The notes under the pieces: model-generated | Told to the model about the DNA's origin: nothing | The model's database searches: none | What the model saw: the letters and a program-made list of their open reading frames with translations, nothing else | Program-made: the position numbers and the translations under genes | Part shown: piece after piece, positions 14,035 through 17,359 of the stretch | Layout of the letters: each line of letters opens with the position of its first letter | Numbering within the stretch: the stretch's first letter is position 1 | Assembly: GCA_964640345.1 (NCBI GenBank) | Contig: CAZXFU010000005.1 | Coordinates: forward strand, 1 to 17,359 | DNA: 17,359 nt | Direction of reading: 5' to 3' | Source of the DNA: an uncultured Eubacteriales bacterium | Lineage (GTDB): Bacteria > Bacillota > Clostridia > TANB77 > RGIG9151

Positions 14035-15051
14035 ATGCAGAGTGTTTACAGGCGTATTCAGCAGGAGTATGAAAAGGATAGGAATTCGGCTTTGGCTGAA
14101 GTGGAAAAGAAGAAAAAGGAGATTTATGAAAAAGAGCCCAGAGTTTTAGAAATTGATGAGAAGATAAAGAAAATCGGGATGGAGATTAGTAAATCTATTA
14201 TTTTTATTGATGATGACACTAAACGTGAAAATGCAGTAAGAGACCTTAATTCGCAAATTGATGAGCTAAAAAATGAAAAAGGTAAATTACTTAGTAGCAT
14301 GGAGATTGACGAAGAGTATTTAGTACCGAATTTTAGATGCAAAATATGTGAAGATACAGGTATTGTAGGCAGTGTGACCGGAGCGAAAAATTGCTCTTGT
14401 TTTAGGCAGAAGCTTATTGATTATACGTATAATCAATCTCAGATATATAATATAGATAAAGAAAATTTTGATGCGTTTGATGAAAGTATTTTTTCTGATA
14501 TGGTTGATGAAAAGGCGTATAACAGTCAAAAATCTCCGCGAGAAAATATTCTCCTTATAAAGGATATTGCCACTAAGTTTGTAGAGGGTTTTGATGATGT
14601 AGATACTAAAAATCTTTTATTTACAGGCGGAACAGGACTCGGAAAGACTTTTTTAAGCAATTGTATTGCAAAAGCTATGTTAGACAAAGGGAAAACAGTT
14701 TTGTATCAAACATCCGGTCGGCTTATGGACTTAGTTATGGACTATCGTAAAGGAGATAGTGAAAATTTTGATGCTTCGCAATATGAGGAACTGTTTAATG
14801 TTGATCTTTTAATTATTGATGACCTTGGAACTGAGAACATGACTGAAGCAAGACGCTCAGAGCTATTTAACATACTAAATACAAGGTTGTTAAATTCTGC
14901 TAAAAAGCATACGAAAACAGTTATTTCCACAAATAAAGATTTAAAAGAGTTGGTTAATTATTATGATCAAAGGATTGTTTCCAGAATTTTGGGAAATTTT
15001 GAGATATGCAGATTTTTCGGTAGAGATTTAAGATTATCTAACAGAAAGTAA
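14035..15051 (+). CDS. dnaI: Primosomal helicase loader DnaI/DnaC-like AAA+ ATPase
   Basis: 338-aa ORF with RBS GAGGTGG. The N-terminal zinc module is CKICEDTG...CSC. Walker A is FTGGTGLGKTFL, Walker B is LLIIDDLGTE, and the sensor region is VISTN. Confidence 0.8.
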   Translation: MQSVYRRIQQEYEKDRNSALAEVEKKKKEIYEKEPRVLEIDEKIKKIGMEISKSIIFIDDDTKRENAVRDLNSQIDELKNEKGKLLSSMEIDEEYLVPNFRCKICEDTGIVGSVTGAKNCSCFRQKLIDYTYNQSQIYNIDKENFDAFDESIFSDMVDEKAYNSQKSPRENILLIKDIATKFVEGFDDVDTKNLLFTGGTGLGKTFLSNCIAKAMLDKGKTVLYQTSGRLMDLVMDYRKGDSENFDASQYEELFNVDLLIIDDLGTENMTEARRSELFNILNTRLLNSAKKHTKTVISTNKDLKELVNYYDQRIVSRILGNFEICRFFGRDLRLSNRK

Positions 15052-15120
15052 CAAAAGATGTACGATAATAATATTATGTTAATGCAGGGTAAGGATTTTT
15101 GTTTACAAGGGCATTGACTA

Positions 15121-15178
15121 AAAAGCTATTGCTAAAATGTTGTCGGGTTGCCCGTTTTAGTAATAGCTTTTATCTTTA
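15121..15178 (+). terminator. Long AT-rich hairpin with a T-rich tail; likely the terminator of the upstream gene string
   Basis: The 17-nt arms AAAAGCTATTGCTAAAA (15121-15137) and TTTTAGTAATAGCTTTT (15155-15171) pair with one G-T wobble. They enclose an inner CGGG-TTG-CCCG hairpin (15144-15154). The structure is followed by ATCTTT. Confidence 0.45.
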
Positions 15179-15210
15179 CTCTAAATTAAGTAGGTTGAAG
15201 GGTGAAAATA

Positions 15211-16377
15211 ATGATTATTGTACAAAAATATGGAGGAAGTTCTGTAGCAGATAATAAAAAACTATATATGGTAGCAGAAAAAATAAAAAGGACTGTCCGG
15301 GAAGGAGCTAGCGTTGTCGTTGTTGTTTCCGCACAAGGGAAAACCACAGATGTACTTATTGACAAGGCACATTCTATAGAAAAAGAATGTTCTAAGCGTG
15401 AGCTTGATGTACTTTTAGCTACAGGAGAACAACAGTCTATGGCACTTCTTGCAATGACACTTAATAAAATTGGTGTGCCTGCGGTTTCACTTACCGGTGA
15501 ACAAGCAGGGATTTATACTATTGGAAGCCATACAAACGCCAGAATAGAAGATATTCGCCCTTTTAGAATTTTTAACGAATTGGAAAAGGGGAATGTAGTT
15601 GTAGTTGCAGGCTTTCAGGGCGTAGATGAGGAAAATGATATAAATACTTTAGGAAGAGGGGGCTCTGATACGACCGCGATTGCCTTAGCACATGCACTTT
15701 TAGCTGAAAGATGTGACATATATAGCGATGTTGACGGAATATATACGGCAGATCCAAGGATTGTAAAAAATGCTATGAGATTAGATGAAATAAGTTATGA
15801 TACTATGTTGGAGTTGGCAAGTTTAGGTGCTAAAGTGCTTAATAGCAGGGCTGTTGAACTTGCAAAGAAGTACGAGGTTAATCTTACTTCTGGTGGAAGT
15901 TTTTGTGACAGGGAGGGAACTAAAATAGTTAGAAATGGATTAGAAAGTGCTAATGTTACCGGCTTTACTGCAGATAGGGGAGTGGCAATAGTTACTATTT
16001 TTAATGTAGAAAATGAATACGATATTTTTTCTAAGCTTTTAGACAGACAAATCCAACTTGATGTTATTGGTCAAAGCATAGGATTAAAAGAGGTTTCTTT
16101 TACTGTTAAATCAGATAGTATCGAAACCGTAAGAGAGTGTATCGGAGACAAATATGATATCAATATTTGTGACAATTGCGGTAAAGTTTCAGCAGTTGGA
16201 AGCGGAATGCTAAATAAACCTGAAATGGCAAAATGTATATATGAGGCACTTTATGAAAATAATATCCCGATTAAGCTTATAAGCAGTTCGGAAATAAAGT
16301 TTTCCGTTATTGTTGATGTCGAATATGTGGATACTGCGTTGAATGCCATGCATAATAGGATTTTTAATTTGTCCTAA
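15211..16377 (+). CDS. Aspartate kinase (monofunctional, with C-terminal ACT domains)
   Basis: The ORF is open from the GTG at 15202, but the ATG at 15211 follows GAAGGGTGA and gives the canonical N-terminus MIIVQKYGGSSV. Other motifs are VVVVSAQG, LGRGGSDTTA and DVDGIYTADPRIV. Confidence 0.9.
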   Translation: MIIVQKYGGSSVADNKKLYMVAEKIKRTVREGASVVVVVSAQGKTTDVLIDKAHSIEKECSKRELDVLLATGEQQSMALLAMTLNKIGVPAVSLTGEQAGIYTIGSHTNARIEDIRPFRIFNELEKGNVVVVAGFQGVDEENDINTLGRGGSDTTAIALAHALLAERCDIYSDVDGIYTADPRIVKNAMRLDEISYDTMLELASLGAKVLNSRAVELAKKYEVNLTSGGSFCDREGTKIVRNGLESANVTGFTADRGVAIVTIFNVENEYDIFSKLLDRQIQLDVIGQSIGLKEVSFTVKSDSIETVRECIGDKYDINICDNCGKVSAVGSGMLNKPEMAKCIYEALYENNIPIKLISSSEIKFSVIVDVEYVDTALNAMHNRIFNLS

Positions 16378-16395
16378 GCTTAGGATACGTTTTTT
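16372..16395 (+). terminator. Weak rho-independent terminator overlapping the aspartokinase stop codon
   Basis: The palindrome TCCTAAGCTTAGGA (16372-16385) is followed by TACG and then TTTTTT (16390-16395). Confidence 0.35.
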
Positions 16396-16458
16396 GTATT
16401 AATTTGATACTAAAGTGTGGGGAAATTAATATATACCCTTCCTTTTATTTTTTATTTA

Positions 16459-16609
16459 TGATACAATAAATTGTAAAAAATATTGGTATGTTTATTTTAA
16501 TAAAATAGTTCATCGGAGGACTCGGTGCCGTAGTACCGCTTAAAAAAGCATGGGTCGATAAGATGTCGAGTGAGCTCGGTTATTTAAAAAATGATTGAGC
16601 TCTTTTTTT
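16459..16609 (+). ncRNA. Unclassified structured transcript: candidate small RNA or cis-regulatory leader upstream of the MATE gene
   Basis: An extended -10, TGaTACAAT, lies at 16459-16467. A 6-bp hairpin CGGTGC-CGTA-GTACCG lies in the GC-richer core (about 16510-16580). A terminator is formed by GAGCTC (16572-16577) and GAGCTC (16597-16602) with AT/wobble extension, followed by T7 (16603-16609). A competing CGAG-TGAG-CTCG hairpin overlaps the 5' arm of the terminator. I could not match any riboswitch consensus by eye. Confidence 0.3.
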
Positions 16610-16752
16610 GAGAAATAAAAAGATAGTAGGCAATACGAGTGGGAGAATAAAAGTAACTACAATTTATGTATAAATACATCTGATGTAGAGATAAAGAAAA
16701 ATAATATCTTCTTTTGCAGAGTATGCTAATAATTGGTTTGGGGGAAAGAAAA

Positions 16753-17359
16753 ATGGAAATTAATTTGTCAGAACATTTTACATATAAAAAATTGATCAAA
16801 TTTACGTTACCTACCATAATTATGATGATATTTACATCTATTTATGGTGTGGTTGATGGATTATTTGTTTCAAATGTTGTGGGAAGCGACGCGTTTGCTT
16901 CAATTAACTTAATTATGCCAGCGATTATGATTTTGGGTACAATTGGTTTTATGTTTGGAACGGGCGGGAGTGCAATTATTTCAAAAACGTTTGGAGAGGG
17001 AGATAATGAAAAGGCAAATAGATATTTCTCGATGCTAGTTTATTTAGAAGTAATTTTGGGAATTGTTTGTACAGTGGCTGGACTGCTTGTGATTGAACCG
17101 ATTGCAAGGTTGCTTGGTGCTACAGATGCTATGATGAGCGATTGCTTAATTTATGGAAGAATACTTTTAGTGGGAATGGTTGCATTTACTTTGCAAAACA
17201 GCTTTCAATCATTTATGGTTGCGGCTGAAAGACCTAATTTTGGGCTTTTAATATCAGTAATAGCCGGATTAACTAACATGGTTTTGGATTTTGCGTTTAT
17301 TTATTTGTTTAAATGGGGAGTAGCAGGTGCTGCAATTGCCACTGTTGCAAGTCAGTTTG
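16753..17359 (+). CDS. MATE family efflux transporter (5' partial; continues beyond the window)
   Basis: Not in the supplied ORF track because it has no stop within the window. My translation from the ATG at 16753 (RBS GGGGGAAAG) is MEINLSEHFTYKKLIKFTLPTIIMMIFTSIYGVVDGLFVSNVVGSDAFASINLIMP...AGAAIATVASQF. It is open to the window end and shows the typical MATE N-terminal lobe pattern (F..P.......S.Y..VD..FV...G..A.A). Confidence 0.8.
   Translation, partial: MEINLSEHFTYKKLIKFTLPTIIMMIFTSIYGVVDGLFVSNVVGSDAFASINLIMPAIMILGTIGFMFGTGGSAIISKTFGEGDNEKANRYFSMLVYLEVILGIVCTVAGLLVIEPIARLLGATDAMMSDCLIYGRILLVGMVAFTLQNSFQSFMVAAERPNFGLLISVIAGLTNMVLDFAFIYLFKWGVAGAAIATVASQF

Noticed and set aside
10635-14930. 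Other short nested or overlapping ORFs (10635-10847, 11046-11228, 12735-12923, 13345-13620, 13958-14149, 14124-14342, 14320-14529, 14742-14930, 15572-15757)
   Set aside because: They are antisense or out of frame within confidently assigned genes (HipA-like, tex, dnaB-like, dnaI, aspartokinase). They have no start signals.
15114-15138. TTGACT ... TAAAAT as the aspartokinase promoter
   Set aside because: The spacer is only 13 nt, whereas 16-18 nt is needed. The -10 lies inside the long hairpin arm.
15052-15210. Expected lysine (L-box) riboswitch or T-box upstream of aspartokinase
   Set aside because: The spacer is only about 150 nt. I could not find the conserved L-box core or a T-box (AGAGA / specifier / T-box 14-mer) by eye. 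An Infernal scan would be needed to be sure.
16510-16580. Resemblance of GGTGCCGTAGTACCG to the guanidine-III (ykkC-III) core GGUGCGCCGUACCCGG
   Set aside because: The similarity is partial. The pseudoknot partner sequence (...GACGGCGC) is absent, and that class is typically found in high-GC Actinobacteria. It is reported only as an unclassified element.
16584-16817. 77-aa minus-strand ORF overlapping the MATE start region
   Set aside because: It overlaps the 5' end and RBS of the well-supported + strand MATE gene and runs through the terminator hairpin. The protein is low-complexity.
1-17359. Search for CRISPR arrays, IS elements/transposases, rRNA and long direct repeats
   Set aside because: I saw no regularly spaced short repeats, no DDE/serine/tyrosine recombinase-like ORFs, and no rRNA-like sequence. 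The only long-range similarity is the paralogous coupling-protein gene pair.

Overview
This is low-GC chromosomal DNA: hand counts on sampled 60-nt lines give about 28-30% GC. The gene set looks Firmicutes/Clostridia-like, with Firmicute-style DnaB/DnaD plus DnaI, Tex, TopB carrying a TD(S)GREGE Toprim motif, and a DapG/LysC-like aspartokinase. All calls rest on motif recognition by eye; no searches were run.

Layout, left to right:
- A truncated tRNA(CAT) on the minus strand.
- An alkaline-phosphatase/phosphodiesterase-family gene.
- A convergent, compositionally foreign single gene (sampled lines 47-60% GC) encoding a Pol-beta-type nucleotidyltransferase with a long helical C-terminus.
- A roughly 12 kb co-directional, tightly spaced gene string (3096-15051) with no internal terminator that I could see. 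It holds two tandem paralogous membrane-anchored VirD4/TraG/TraD-like coupling-protein ATPases, DNA topoisomerase III, a short orphan HipA-like kinase, Tex, DnaB/DnaD-like and DnaI-like replication-loader proteins.
- Aspartokinase, a structured intergenic region, and the 5' part of a MATE efflux gene that runs off the window and is absent from the ORF track.

The two most interesting things:
1. The orphan tandem coupling-protein pair, TopB and HipA-like module has no relaxase, VirB4 or other T4SS genes, and sits in one apparent transcription unit with core replication genes.
2. The GC-rich single-gene nucleotidyltransferase island has an unusual promoter, operator and leader architecture.

No CRISPR array, transposase, integrase or rRNA was seen.
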